This document shows, one piece after another, positions 43,208 to 53,241 of a stretch of 64,000 nt of DNA. The position numbers and the translations under genes were made by a program. Each line of letters opens with the position of its first letter. Position 1 is the stretch's first letter. This stretch comes from Escherichia coli (GTDB taxonomy: Bacteria; Pseudomonadota; Gammaproteobacteria; Enterobacterales; Enterobacteriaceae): assembly GCF_044647545.1 (NCBI RefSeq), contig NZ_CP172818.1; one strand, 5' to 3'. Below the pieces are notes generated by a model. That model had not been told where the DNA came from, made no database searches, and saw only the letters and a program-made list of their open reading frames with translations.

Positions 43208-44445
43208 TCAGGCGCGTTTTGCGCGACGTTCAGCAATAAAGGTGACCAGGAAGAAAGCGCCAATCAGGTCAAAGAAGCCCATGGCGATAAACAGGGCTTA
43301 AAGCCGATTTTGTCAGCAGTAACCCCGATAATCAGGGAGAAACAGGAAACTTGCTATCGACGCGGCAGAACCGCGCATGCCGTTACAGTGGCCATCTGAC
43401 CTTTGTCGAGGATTCCACTACTAATGCGCTAAGCATGCAGGAGATGATCTGGTCAACCGAAGCCGCCTATGGAAGATAAGGACGATGGCGATATGGGTTA
43501 TCCAGAAAGGCCATCACCGCCAGCGAAACCATCAGGAATGCGCCACTGACCGATCTATGCGCAATGGAGTTCACACTGACTCAGCCCAAACAGGCGGGTG
43601 TAAAGTTTGGTCAGATAGCCGCTGGCAATACTGCCAAGATCAGCGGCGAAGGAACGGCAACCAGGCGAAAGAGTGCGATCTGCTTCAGGTCGATGCCATA
43701 GGCATCTGGACAGGTATAGCGGAACCCAGAAACTCATCACCGCCCACGCCGGTTCTGCCATAAAGGCTGGGATAGTGATACCGTAAAAGCGTTTATTTTT
43801 GCCCACGGTTTTCAGTGCGGTCAGAAAGGGTAACTTGACCGGGGAGCTTCGTTATCCTGGCGGAGCAACCAGCTTGGCTTCGCTGAAGGTCAGGATGCTT
43901 ATCCGGGTTGCGATAAAACCCACCACAGCACCACCCACAGCATCGCCAGGATGCCAGTGGCATAAATGCGCCCTGCCAGCGAATGAAGCGTGGGCAAAAT
44001 AGATAATCGGTGGGGCCAGCATGGCACCGATGGAGTCTACGTCTGCCCAGCGGCGATCGGGCGTTGCGATTTTGGAAACCATTCACCTCATAGTTTTGGG
44101 GTTTGCCGGGGTGGCCGCGGCTTCCGCACCGCCCGATAAAGAAGCGCAACAGCGCCAGATGTACCCAGTTTCCCGCCCCCGCATGCATCAGACAGGCCAG
44201 CGCCCACAGCCCCTGTGCAGATCAGAAGCCCAGTTTGAGGCCAATGACGTCAATGAGCCACCGCATAACGGTTGAAATAGGGTATAGGCGAGTTGGAAAG
44301 CACCTACAATCCAGGAATATTGTTTTGTGCAATCCCCAGGCTGCTTTTCAACTCGGCGTACACCCAGCGAATTACGTGTGATGTAGTTGACAGTAACACC
44401 GAGCAAAAAAAGGACCAGCATCCACCAACGCAGATTTTTGAACAC
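43208..44445 (-). pseudogene. ExuT-like (anion:cation symporter family MFS) sugar-acid transporter, multiply frameshifted
   Basis: Fragments in at least four frames align in order along ExuT: N-terminus MFKNLRWWMLVLFLLGVTVNYITRN...KQYSWIVGAFQLAYTLFQP, then WRCCGWCCGGFYRNPDKHPDL, then KNKRFYGITIPAFMAEPAWAVMSFWVPLYL, then C-terminus IGVTADKIGFKP...FIAMGFFDLIGAFFLVTFIAERRAKRA. Confidence 0.7.
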
Positions 44446-44779
44446 CGGCGTGGTTTACTGGCAGTCATATCAATCGATACCCACTGATATGCACTCCACA
44501 GAATGGTATAGGGGGGCGGCAACGTCAGACGGAGTTGTCACACCACTTTTAACCTTTTGATAAATAAAGTCTTTATTGTCTGTTTTTCCATTGTTCTTGT
44601 ACTGGAAGTTGTTGTCACATTTTTACAGTAAGAGACACTAAAAGCGAAAAAGAAAGCGGGTTTTGTGCACGTTTTTCCATGCGGCCCATACATTACTGAA
44701 ATGGATTTAATGCCAGACAGAATGGGCTTTTTTTGCTCATGAAAATTCTGTCATTTCCGAATTAGAGGACATCAGAAAT

Positions 44780-45830
44780 CGGCAAAGAGCTTAAATTGCC
44801 GATATCGCCGCACGTACCGGATTATCGCCGATACGGTTTCGCGGGTGCTGCTGGCAAAGCGAATACCAGTGCACGCGCTCGCGAACAGGCGCTGGCCTGC
44901 GCGTGAGTTGGGCGCGATGGATGGCATGGCAGCAGGTCATGTTGCTGAATACAACTCATCATTTTGCGCCGCAACGCGCGTTTGACCAACGATCTGATAT
45001 CTTTTATTACCTGGTGTGATCCAGCATCAGCAAAGCGTTATCGCCCGCATGAAGTGCGGCTGCGTTACTGCGTGTTAAGGTAGTTCTACAGCTGATCCCT
45101 GGCGTGATCTGGCGGCATGAATGAAGCAGATACGCAGGCGGCGATCCTGCTGGGGATCGACGATCCGCACATCCATGATCTGGCCGCCGATCGCTAAGCC
45201 TTGCGCTGATCGACTGCTGGTGATGAACGAATGCGCCTCCCGACGATTGCGCCGGACCATCGGTTAATCGGCGTGTCTGCCGCCCGCTATCTGTTTGAAA
45301 TGGGTCACCGGGAGGTGATGAACGTTATGTGCCTGCGCTCGGCCACACTATGGAGCAGCGGTTTGCAGGGATCAAAGAATCATGGCGTCAGCATAATCTG
45401 GCCTTTCACCATGACCGTCATTTGCTGAATATCAGCAGTTTTCTCAGCGCTAAAGAAGCGGAAGAAGGTCGGAGCGCGGCCTGATGCCGCCAATGGCAAT
45501 ACGTTGCCGACGGCGTTTCTGGTCGGCGGGGATTTTTATGGCGGCGGGAACGGTAAATGCGCTACATCGTCGTGGTCTGCGCGTACCACAGGATGTCTCG
45601 GTGATGAGTATCGATGGTCTTCAATCTTGCGGCAATCGAGGATGTTCCCGACGGCTGTGACGTGCCACGCGATCAGCTAAGGGTTAAGTGGTGCAAATGT
45701 TGCAACAGCGGCTGATTCGCCGGATGTCTGCGGTGGGCTCGCTGCTGCTGCACGGACGATTAGCGGTGCGGACGCGCGGCGGTTGCCCAGGAAAAGGGAA
45801 CACCGCCGTGGAACGGGAAGGGCTGTACGA
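44780..45830 (+). pseudogene. LacI-family transcriptional regulator, multiply frameshifted
   Basis: N-terminal helix-turn-helix spread over three frames (IADIAARTGLSP / TVSRVL / GKANTSARAREQALACA); sugar-binding-domain fragments PDHRLIGVSAARYLFEMGHREV and ALHRRGLRVPQDVSVMSIDG; boundaries approximate. Confidence 0.65.
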
Positions 45831-45833
45831 CAA

Positions 45834-47102
45834 TCATTCCATTCCCAGCGCTCGCTTACCGTGAATGTTGAGGTCGGCAAGCGTAAAGCGTCCTTCCCAG
45901 TTTGTTTCATAGTCCTCGCGCGGGAAGTCGCCCGGCGATGCGCCTTTTTCCAGTGCGGCCTTCACCTTGTGCGCGTAGGCAAGATTTTTCTCGCACATCG
46001 GTGCCGCAGGAATGTACATCACGTTGCCCCAACCCTGTTGATTTTCAACGGGGGCAACGGAATGGATGACGTCGCAGTGCCACCAGACGGAGTCTCCGGC
46101 TTCGAGTTGTGGAATGCTGGTTAATGCCTCAATCAACAGTGGATGCCATTGCTCTGATACCGGCAACACTCTTCCGGGCGCTACGCCGCACAGTTCATCC
46201 TCCGGCACATCATCAAGCAGCGGACGTAACAGCACGTACGCCATGGCTTCAGGAATGGGCACGACGTGCAGCAGTCCCTGACCAGGCAGCATATCAGAGA
46301 GCGCTGTCCAGCCCTGGAATGTCCGAAACACGGAACATTTGGTGGTGTTGTCCACCGTGTACTCTTCAACTTCTGTACGATGTGCCGCATGCCAGGGATC
46401 ATATTGCGCCAGATTGCCATTAAAGACGTTGGCGAAAACGCGCTGATACGCTGGAAGCAGCCAGCGTTCCAGTGCCCCGGAGTCGGTATGCGCTCCGAGA
46501 CCTTTGGAGGCCGTTCCGGGCGGACGGCGGCGGATACGGTCAGGGTAGATGACGCTCACATCCGGGTTAAACCATTGCTTTCCATCACTTTCAAATGTCC
46601 ACAGACGATTGAGAAACGACTGCGCATTCGCCATTTCTTCACTCTGGCGGGCCTGCATTTGCGCCTGCGACCAGTAGATGGGGTAAATCTCGGGACGTGA
46701 AGCGCTGAGCGTCCCGAAGAAATTATCGCCGGGGCCTTTGTAGACCTCATCAAAGCGGTTGCGGTCCAGATAGTCCAGCATCGACTGATCCCAGCCTAGC
46801 GCTTGTTCGCGGGGGAAATGGCCTTTTATCACCGCACAACCGCGACGTTTAATCTGTTCGCGTTGCTCTGCAGTAACATGACCTGCTTTGATATCGGCAT
46901 AAGACAGCACCGGCCAGACTGCATCGCCCTGTGCTTTGAGTGCGTTGATTTCAGCCACTCGCGTGGCAATGTCATCGCTTAGCTGATTAAAGATCTGCTG
47001 GACGTCGCCAAGCTGCGCCCGCAGCGCGTGCTTCATCTGACGGATAGCTGCTTTGTGATCGGCAGGCAATGTGTTGCTGGTAAAAGTAGAAGCCATAACC
47101 AC
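45834..47102 (-). CDS. ybiU: DUF1479 family protein
   Basis: 422 aa intact ORF. Confidence 0.85.
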   Translation of the reverse strand: MVMASTFTSNTLPADHKAAIRQMKHALRAQLGDVQQIFNQLSDDIATRVAEINALKAQGDAVWPVLSYADIKAGHVTAEQREQIKRRGCAVIKGHFPREQALGWDQSMLDYLDRNRFDEVYKGPGDNFFGTLSASRPEIYPIYWSQAQMQARQSEEMANAQSFLNRLWTFESDGKQWFNPDVSVIYPDRIRRRPPGTASKGLGAHTDSGALERWLLPAYQRVFANVFNGNLAQYDPWHAAHRTEVEEYTVDNTTKCSVFRTFQGWTALSDMLPGQGLLHVVPIPEAMAYVLLRPLLDDVPEDELCGVAPGRVLPVSEQWHPLLIEALTSIPQLEAGDSVWWHCDVIHSVAPVENQQGWGNVMYIPAAPMCEKNLAYAHKVKAALEKGASPGDFPREDYETNWEGRFTLADLNIHGKRALGME

Positions 47103-47247
47103 CTCGCATTAACTTTCATTCGAAACTATGCTGATTTGCATGTGACAATATAAGTTATAAATAAGTTAATGCAAGTTTAATGATTTGATGTGATGTACAG
47201 GATGTAAAAAGAAGGGAAAACCGGAGCGCATGGCTCCGGTAGAGAGG

Positions 47248-48063
47248 TCAGCTGTTAAAAGGGGATCTGTTATCCAGCACAGCCTGAATCACGTTCAGCG
47301 CGCCTTCATGATTATTATCATCGGTAGCATAACGGGCGATTTGTTTAATGTTTTCCGCAGCATTGCCCATCGCAAAGGAATAACGCGCCATTTTCAGCAT
47401 CTCCGCATCGTTACCGCTGTCGCCAATCGCTACCACATTTTGCGGTGACAGATCCCAGCGTTTCAGTAACCGCGAAATACCGTTTGCTTTATGTAGACCG
47501 GGAATAATCAGGTCGATAAAGCCAAAACCACTGGTGACGGGTTTCATAATGCCATCCAGCGCTATGTGCAGTTTGTCGATCACTAACGGGATTTGTTCAT
47601 CCGGCAGGTTGAGCGAAAACTTGAACAGTACGTCGTCAATCTCCTGATAATCTTTTACAGGTTTCAGGCGATGGTAGTGTTTTGCCATCAGTGCGACGAA
47701 TGCTTCGGGGGCATTTTCGCTGACATATGCACTTTGCAGACCGCAAGCGACAAAATTGAGTTGCTTATCTTTTAGCAACTCGCCAATAACAATCCGCGAT
47801 TCATGTCGGGTCAGTTCGCCGTGGAACAACTGCTTGCCATGTTCGTAAACCAGTGCGCCGTTTTCCGCGACAAAAGAGATCTCATCCTTTAGCTCAGGAA
47901 AGAACGAAATAAGCTGGTAATACTGATTACCGCTGGCGACAACGAACTCAATGCCGCGCTTTTTCAGTTCCTGATATTGCGCCATAAAACGTGGTTGGTT
48001 GTACGTTTTGGCGTCGTTAAGAAAAGTACCGTCCATGTCTGTGACGATAACTTTTACGCTCAT
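47248..48063 (-). CDS. ybiV: HAD-superfamily (Cof-type) sugar phosphatase
   Basis: 271 aa; N-terminal DMDGT motif. Confidence 0.9.
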   Translation of the reverse strand: MSVKVIVTDMDGTFLNDAKTYNQPRFMAQYQELKKRGIEFVVASGNQYYQLISFFPELKDEISFVAENGALVYEHGKQLFHGELTRHESRIVIGELLKDKQLNFVACGLQSAYVSENAPEAFVALMAKHYHRLKPVKDYQEIDDVLFKFSLNLPDEQIPLVIDKLHIALDGIMKPVTSGFGFIDLIIPGLHKANGISRLLKRWDLSPQNVVAIGDSGNDAEMLKMARYSFAMGNAAENIKQIARYATDDNNHEGALNVIQAVLDNRSPFNS

Positions 48064-48208
48064 AGGTGTGCTCCTGGCTCGAAAATGAAACCGTAACAGT
48101 GTAATAACAATGTGACGCAGAGCACAAATTATATTTCGAATGAAAGCGAGGCTGAAATTGATGATGTGAATGATTTAGCCCGGCGACGACGACGCCGGGC
48201 TGAGGAGA

Positions 48209-50641
48209 TTACAGCATATGTTCAGTACGGGCGATGATATCGTCCTGAGCGTCTGGAGAGAGCGCGGTGAAGAAGGCGGAATAGCCCGCGACACGCACTA
48301 CCAGATCGCGGTACTGATCCGGATGTTTTTTCGCTTCCAGCAGCGTTTCGCGGGAAACGATGTTGTACTGAATATGCCAGCCTTTATGCACTTCAAAGAA
48401 GGTGCGTAGCAGGATCATCAGTTTCTGCTTGTCAGATTCGTTCTCCAGCGTTGCCGGATTCAGTTTCTGGTTGAGCAACACGCCGCCGAGAATCGCGGCC
48501 GTAGGCAGTTTACCCACCGAGCCAATGACCGCAGTAGGGCCAAGATGATCAGTACCGGAGGCCGGACTAGCTCCTTCTGCCAGCGGGGTATGCGCTTTAC
48601 GTCCGTCCGGCGTTGCCATCGTCTGCGCGCCAAAGGGTACGTTAGCGGAGATAGATGACGTACCCGCGTAATAATTGCCGCCAACCGGACCACGACCATA
48701 GCGCGGGTTATGGTACTGTTTTAGTTCGTCGATATAGGTCTGATAAGCGCGAGCCAGCAGCGTATCGACAGTATCATCGTCGTTGCCGTACTTAGGCGCA
48801 CCGTTAATCAGCCGCTGACGCAGCTGCTCGTGAGTCAGGCCGTCGAAGTCATCCGCCAGTGCGGCAGCCAGCTGTTGCTGACCAATCGCGCCCTGTTCAA
48901 ATACCAGTTTCTTCACTGCCGCCAGGCTGTTGCCGAGGTTAGCAATGCCGACCTGCAGGCCAGAAACCCAGTCATATTTCGCGCCGCCTTGCTTGATACT
49001 TTTCGCTCGCTCAATACAGTCATCCACCAGCGCCGAGCAGAGAATATCGTGTACGTTCTCTTCCAGCATGGTGTCGACGACATATTCGATTTCGATTGAT
49101 TTACGCGTGTAGTAACGGATTTGCGTATCCCATGCGTCCATTACTTCATCGAAGTTGTTGAAGTTACCCGCTGACAACGCTTTTTCTTGTGGCAGGAACA
49201 CTTTGCCGCTGGTGGCATCACGACCGCCTTCCAGCGCCGCCAGCATCACGCGGGCGAAGTTGATAAAGCTCATGCCGGTACAGCGATAGCCCCATTTGCC
49301 ACCGACGGCGGTTTCGATACAACCAATCGCTGCGTAGTCGTAAGCGTCCTGCGGTTCAATACCGAGTTTAATAAATTCCGGGATGACGATTTCATCGTTG
49401 TTGAACGCCGGCATCCCGAAACCACAGCGGATCACCTGAACACAGGCATCGAGGAAATCGTTACTCATACCCGCATGGTAACGCACGCTGAGGTTAGGCT
49501 GAGTCGAACGCAGGCGACCGCAGGATTCGAGGATCGCATAAGAGAGTGGATTTACCGCGTCCATCGGTTGACCATCAACCAGATTTTGCCCGCCAATGGT
49601 GACGTTCTGATACAGCGGACTTCCCGCAGAGGCTTTTGAGTGTGAGCCGGAGCGGATTTTGTTCACTTCCAGCAATTTCAACCAGCAGCTATGCAGCATC
49701 TCGATGGCGTGTTCGCGATCCAGTGTCTGGTTCAGTTCAACGTCACGGCGATAGTATGGATAGAGATACTGGTCCATACGACCAAAAGATACTGAGTGAC
49801 CGTTAGATTCGATCTGCAATATCAACTGGATGAAGTAACACAGTTGCAGCGCCTGCCAGAAAGTCTGCGGCGGTTGGTGGGCGATAAGATCGCAGTTTTC
49901 TGCCATCGCCAGCAGTTCATCGCGACGGCTTTCGCGGGTTTCGGTCGTGGCCATTTCACGCGCCAGGGCAGCGAAACGTTCAATGTGTTCACTGACTGCC
50001 ACCAGCACGATATCAATCGCTTTCAGGAATTGCTCGCCGTGCAGATCTTCCAGTACCGTCAGATTGATGCGCGAGCGACGTTCCGCCACTTTCTCACGCA
50101 GACCATCAAGCCCTTTTTCCAGCAGTAGCGGGAAATTCACCGCCAGGTGCGCATCGCCGGAGGTCATATTGCCCTCCGCTTTAATGATGCCGGTCGCCAG
50201 CAGACCTTTTTGCTCATCGGTAAACATGCCGTAGCAGCGATCCTGTACCGTCTGACCGCGCCACCACGGGCACACTTCATGCAGAACACGTTTGTTCTCC
50301 TCGCTCACCGCAAAACCAGCACCCGGACGATCTGCCAGATCATCAATCTCTTTTTCGATCCACGAGACGGTATATTCCGGGAAGATCGGCGCGGCGCGAA
50401 CCTCGCTTGCCTGGTTGCCGATGATCAACTCATCGTGCTTGATCCAGATGGTGCGATTCGCCAGGTGATGCGCCAGTGCCAGCGCGCGACGTACCGGGAT
50501 CGGCTTATCGAGATGTTGTTGATACATCTCGGTATAGTGCTGCGCGCGCTCGGTACAGACTGGTGGTTTCACAATATGCACCAGCGCATTTTTGTGCGCT
50601 TTAATGCGGTCGCTGAGCGTGTCCAGTTTCAGTGTGGTCAT
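48209..50641 (-). CDS. ybiW: Glycyl radical enzyme (pyruvate formate-lyase-like), substrate not established
   Basis: 810 aa; C-terminal glycyl-radical signature ...VVRVAGYSAFF. Confidence 0.9.
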   Translation of the reverse strand: MTTLKLDTLSDRIKAHKNALVHIVKPPVCTERAQHYTEMYQQHLDKPIPVRRALALAHHLANRTIWIKHDELIIGNQASEVRAAPIFPEYTVSWIEKEIDDLADRPGAGFAVSEENKRVLHEVCPWWRGQTVQDRCYGMFTDEQKGLLATGIIKAEGNMTSGDAHLAVNFPLLLEKGLDGLREKVAERRSRINLTVLEDLHGEQFLKAIDIVLVAVSEHIERFAALAREMATTETRESRRDELLAMAENCDLIAHQPPQTFWQALQLCYFIQLILQIESNGHSVSFGRMDQYLYPYYRRDVELNQTLDREHAIEMLHSCWLKLLEVNKIRSGSHSKASAGSPLYQNVTIGGQNLVDGQPMDAVNPLSYAILESCGRLRSTQPNLSVRYHAGMSNDFLDACVQVIRCGFGMPAFNNDEIVIPEFIKLGIEPQDAYDYAAIGCIETAVGGKWGYRCTGMSFINFARVMLAALEGGRDATSGKVFLPQEKALSAGNFNNFDEVMDAWDTQIRYYTRKSIEIEYVVDTMLEENVHDILCSALVDDCIERAKSIKQGGAKYDWVSGLQVGIANLGNSLAAVKKLVFEQGAIGQQQLAAALADDFDGLTHEQLRQRLINGAPKYGNDDDTVDTLLARAYQTYIDELKQYHNPRYGRGPVGGNYYAGTSSISANVPFGAQTMATPDGRKAHTPLAEGASPASGTDHLGPTAVIGSVGKLPTAAILGGVLLNQKLNPATLENESDKQKLMILLRTFFEVHKGWHIQYNIVSRETLLEAKKHPDQYRDLVVRVAGYSAFFTALSPDAQDDIIARTEHML

Positions 50642-50646
50642 GGTTG

Positions 50647-51573
50647 TTATCCTCGTAAGGTCGCGGTTAACCCTTTCTGGCAGGCGTACTGCTGGGCAAA
50701 GTCGAGCAGTTCTGGCGCATCAAGCGGTTTTTCCGGGGCGTCATAGGGCAGATTAAGTAAGTGATATTTGTTGATGCCCAGCGTGTGGTAGGGCAGAAAA
50801 TGAATTTCGCCAACGTGCAGCTCGTCGGCGGCAAAATCGGTAATGGCTTTTACAGAGGTTTCGTCGGCATTAAAGCCCTGAATCAGCGGTACGCGGATAA
50901 TGATTTTTTTGCCCGCTGAGGCGAGTTTTTTCAGGTTATCCAGCACTCTGGCGGCGTTACCGTCGGTCCACTGTTTAAACGGCGCGTCGGCAACGTGTTT
51001 TAAATCGGCAAGAAACAGATCGATATAGGGCAGAGAAGGGGCGATATATTTCCACGGCACATGCAGACAGGTTTCTACCGCAGTATGAATGCCAGCCTCG
51101 TGGCTGGCTTGCAGTAGCGCCATCGCCATTTCCGGCTGCATAAACGGTTCACCGCCAGAAAGCGTTAAGCCGCCGCCGCTGCGATCGTAAAACGGTTTAT
51201 CGCGCAGAACGGTCGCCATGATCTCCTCAACGCTTTTCACTTCACCACACACGGTTAACGCCTGTGTCGGGCAGCAGTCGGTTAGCGCCGTCAGATGCTC
51301 CGGGGTTAACTTTTCCCGATGAATAAGCAAACCATTCAACGCGCGCTCAATCACGTCCGGCGCGGCCTTAGCGCACAGCTCACAGCCTTCCAGGCACAGA
51401 CGTGGGTCATACAGCAGATCCTGCGTGCGGGCGCGGCTTTCCGGGTTCTGACACCAGCGGCAGCCCAGCGAACAGCCTTTAAGAAATACGACCGTGCGGA
51501 TACCGGGGCCATCATGGGTCGAGTAGCGCTGAATATTGAAAATCATAGTTGCCTCTCTGTTTCGTTCAAACAT
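50647..51573 (-). CDS. ybiY: Glycyl-radical-enzyme activating enzyme (radical SAM)
   Basis: ORF 50647..51573; radical-SAM CxxxCxxC motif (CSLGCRWC) plus additional Cys clusters; true start may be a downstream Met. Confidence 0.85.
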   Translation of the reverse strand: MFERNREATMIFNIQRYSTHDGPGIRTVVFLKGCSLGCRWCQNPESRARTQDLLYDPRLCLEGCELCAKAAPDVIERALNGLLIHREKLTPEHLTALTDCCPTQALTVCGEVKSVEEIMATVLRDKPFYDRSGGGLTLSGGEPFMQPEMAMALLQASHEAGIHTAVETCLHVPWKYIAPSLPYIDLFLADLKHVADAPFKQWTDGNAARVLDNLKKLASAGKKIIIRVPLIQGFNADETSVKAITDFAADELHVGEIHFLPYHTLGINKYHLLNLPYDAPEKPLDAPELLDFAQQYACQKGLTATLRG

Positions 51574-51676
51574 TAAAATACTTTCGAATGAAAGTTAGAT
51601 TGATGTGCGTCAACTGTTCAGAGAGTTTTCCCGTGATAGTCTACATTCAGACAAAAAGTACATTTTGAGGATGGTT

Positions 51677-52339
51677 ATGGAACTGTATCTGGATACTTCA
51701 GACGTTGTTGCGGTGAAGGCGCTGTCACGTATTTTTCCGCTGGCGGGTGTGACCACTAACCCAAGCATTATCGCCGCGGGTAAAAAACCGCTGGAGGTTG
51801 TGCTTCCGCAACTTCACGAGGCGATGGGCGGTCAGGGGCGTCTGTTTGCCCAGGTAATGGCTACCACTGCCGAAGGGATGGTGAATGACGCGCTTAAGCT
51901 GCGTTCTATTATTGCGGATATCGTGGTGAAAGTTCCGGTGACCGCCGAGGGGCTGGCAGCGATTAAGATGTTAAAAGCGGAAGGGATTCCGACGCTGGGA
52001 ACCGCGGTATATGGCGCAGCACAAGGGCTACTGTCGGCGCTGGCAGGTGCGGAATATGTTGCGCCTTACGTTAATCGTATTGATGCTCAGGGCGGTAGCG
52101 GTATTCAGACTGTGACCGACTTACACCAGTTATTGAAAATGCATGCGCCGCAGGCGAAAGTGTTAGCCGCGAGTTTCAAAACCCCGCGTCAGGCGCTGGA
52201 CTGCTTACTGGCAGGATGTGAATCAATTACTCTGCCACTGGATGTGGCACAACAGATGATTAGCTATCCGGCGGTTGATGCCGCTGTGGCGAAGTTTGAG
52301 CAGGACTGGCAGGGAGCGTTTGGCAGAACGTCGATTTAA
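51677..52339 (+). CDS. fsaA: Fructose-6-phosphate aldolase 1
   Basis: 220 aa from internal Met ([11 protein letters not shown]...). Confidence 0.9.
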   Translation: MELYLDTSDVVAVKALSRIFPLAGVTTNPSIIAAGKKPLEVVLPQLHEAMGGQGRLFAQVMATTAEGMVNDALKLRSIIADIVVKVPVTAEGLAAIKMLKAEGIPTLGTAVYGAAQGLLSALAGAEYVAPYVNRIDAQGGSGIQTVTDLHQLLKMHAPQAKVLAASFKTPRQALDCLLAGCESITLPLDVAQQMISYPAVDAAVAKFEQDWQGAFGRTSI

Positions 52340-52491
52340 CCGGACGTTCTGCATCCTCATCAATTGCTGATAACGTTGTGGAGTGCACCAAGCTTCCGCG
52401 CCTGAAATTCGCCCGAACTAGGCAGATAAGGTTACGCCGATTGGGTCTGAGAAAATTATCTGCCGCGACTTATCAGGCCTGGGGCTGGCAG

Positions 52492-53241
52492 TTACTGCCC
52501 GCACACCTCACACCCCGGATTACGCATCAGTTTCATTTCGCGAAACTGACAGGTCATCGCATCGTACATCACGATTTTTCCGCTGGCCGGTTTGCCATAA
52601 CCTGCCAGCAGTTTGATCGCTTCCATTGCCTGCAACGAACCAATTACGCCGATTAACGGTGCCATCACGCCTGCTTCTACGCAGGTTAACGCGTTCTCGC
52701 CAAACAAACGGCTAAGGCAGCGATAGCACGGTTCGCCGTCCTGATAAGTGAAGACCGTGATTTGCCCTTCCATACGAATTGCCGCGCCGGAAACCAGCGG
52801 CACCTTCGCGGCAAAACAGCCTGCGTTCAGTTGATTACGTACTGCAACGTTATCCGTACAGTCGAGCACCAGATCGTGTTTTGCAATCATCGCAGCAAGT
52901 TCAGCGTCATCAAGCAGTGCATTGACTGGCGTAATCGCGATATGTGGGTTGATCCGCGTCAGGGCGTCACGGGCGGATTTCACCTTCGGTTGCCCGACCG
53001 TGGCATCGCTGTGCAGCGTCTGGCGTTGCAGATTCGAGAGCGAAACCGTGTCGAAGTCGAGCAGCGTCAGGTTGCCGACACCGGCGCTTGCCAGATACTG
53101 CGAAGCTGCGCAGCCGAGTCCACCGAGGCCGACGATCAGCACACGAGAATCTTTTAGCGCCTCCTGACCGTCAAAATCAAAACCGCGCAGAATGATTTGC
53201 CGGTTGTAGCGCAGCATCTCCTGATCGCTGAGTTCCGCCAT
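52492..53241 (-). CDS. moeB: Molybdopterin-synthase adenylyltransferase
   Basis: 249 aa with GxGxxG dinucleotide fold and C-terminal CxxC pairs. Confidence 0.95.
   Translation of the reverse strand: MAELSDQEMLRYNRQIILRGFDFDGQEALKDSRVLIVGLGGLGCAASQYLASAGVGNLTLLDFDTVSLSNLQRQTLHSDATVGQPKVKSARDALTRINPHIAITPVNALLDDAELAAMIAKHDLVLDCTDNVAVRNQLNAGCFAAKVPLVSGAAIRMEGQITVFTYQDGEPCYRCLSRLFGENALTCVEAGVMAPLIGVIGSLQAMEAIKLLAGYGKPASGKIVMYDAMTCQFREMKLMRNPGCEVCGQ

Noticed and set aside
42553-45833. Possibility that the ORF-free ybiT-ybiU region encodes a novel functional system (defense, toxin-antitoxin or small-RNA locus)
   Set aside because: Every coding signal found is a frameshifted remnant of an ordinary transporter, glycosidase or regulator; no intact ORF, repeat array or structured-RNA signature was seen.
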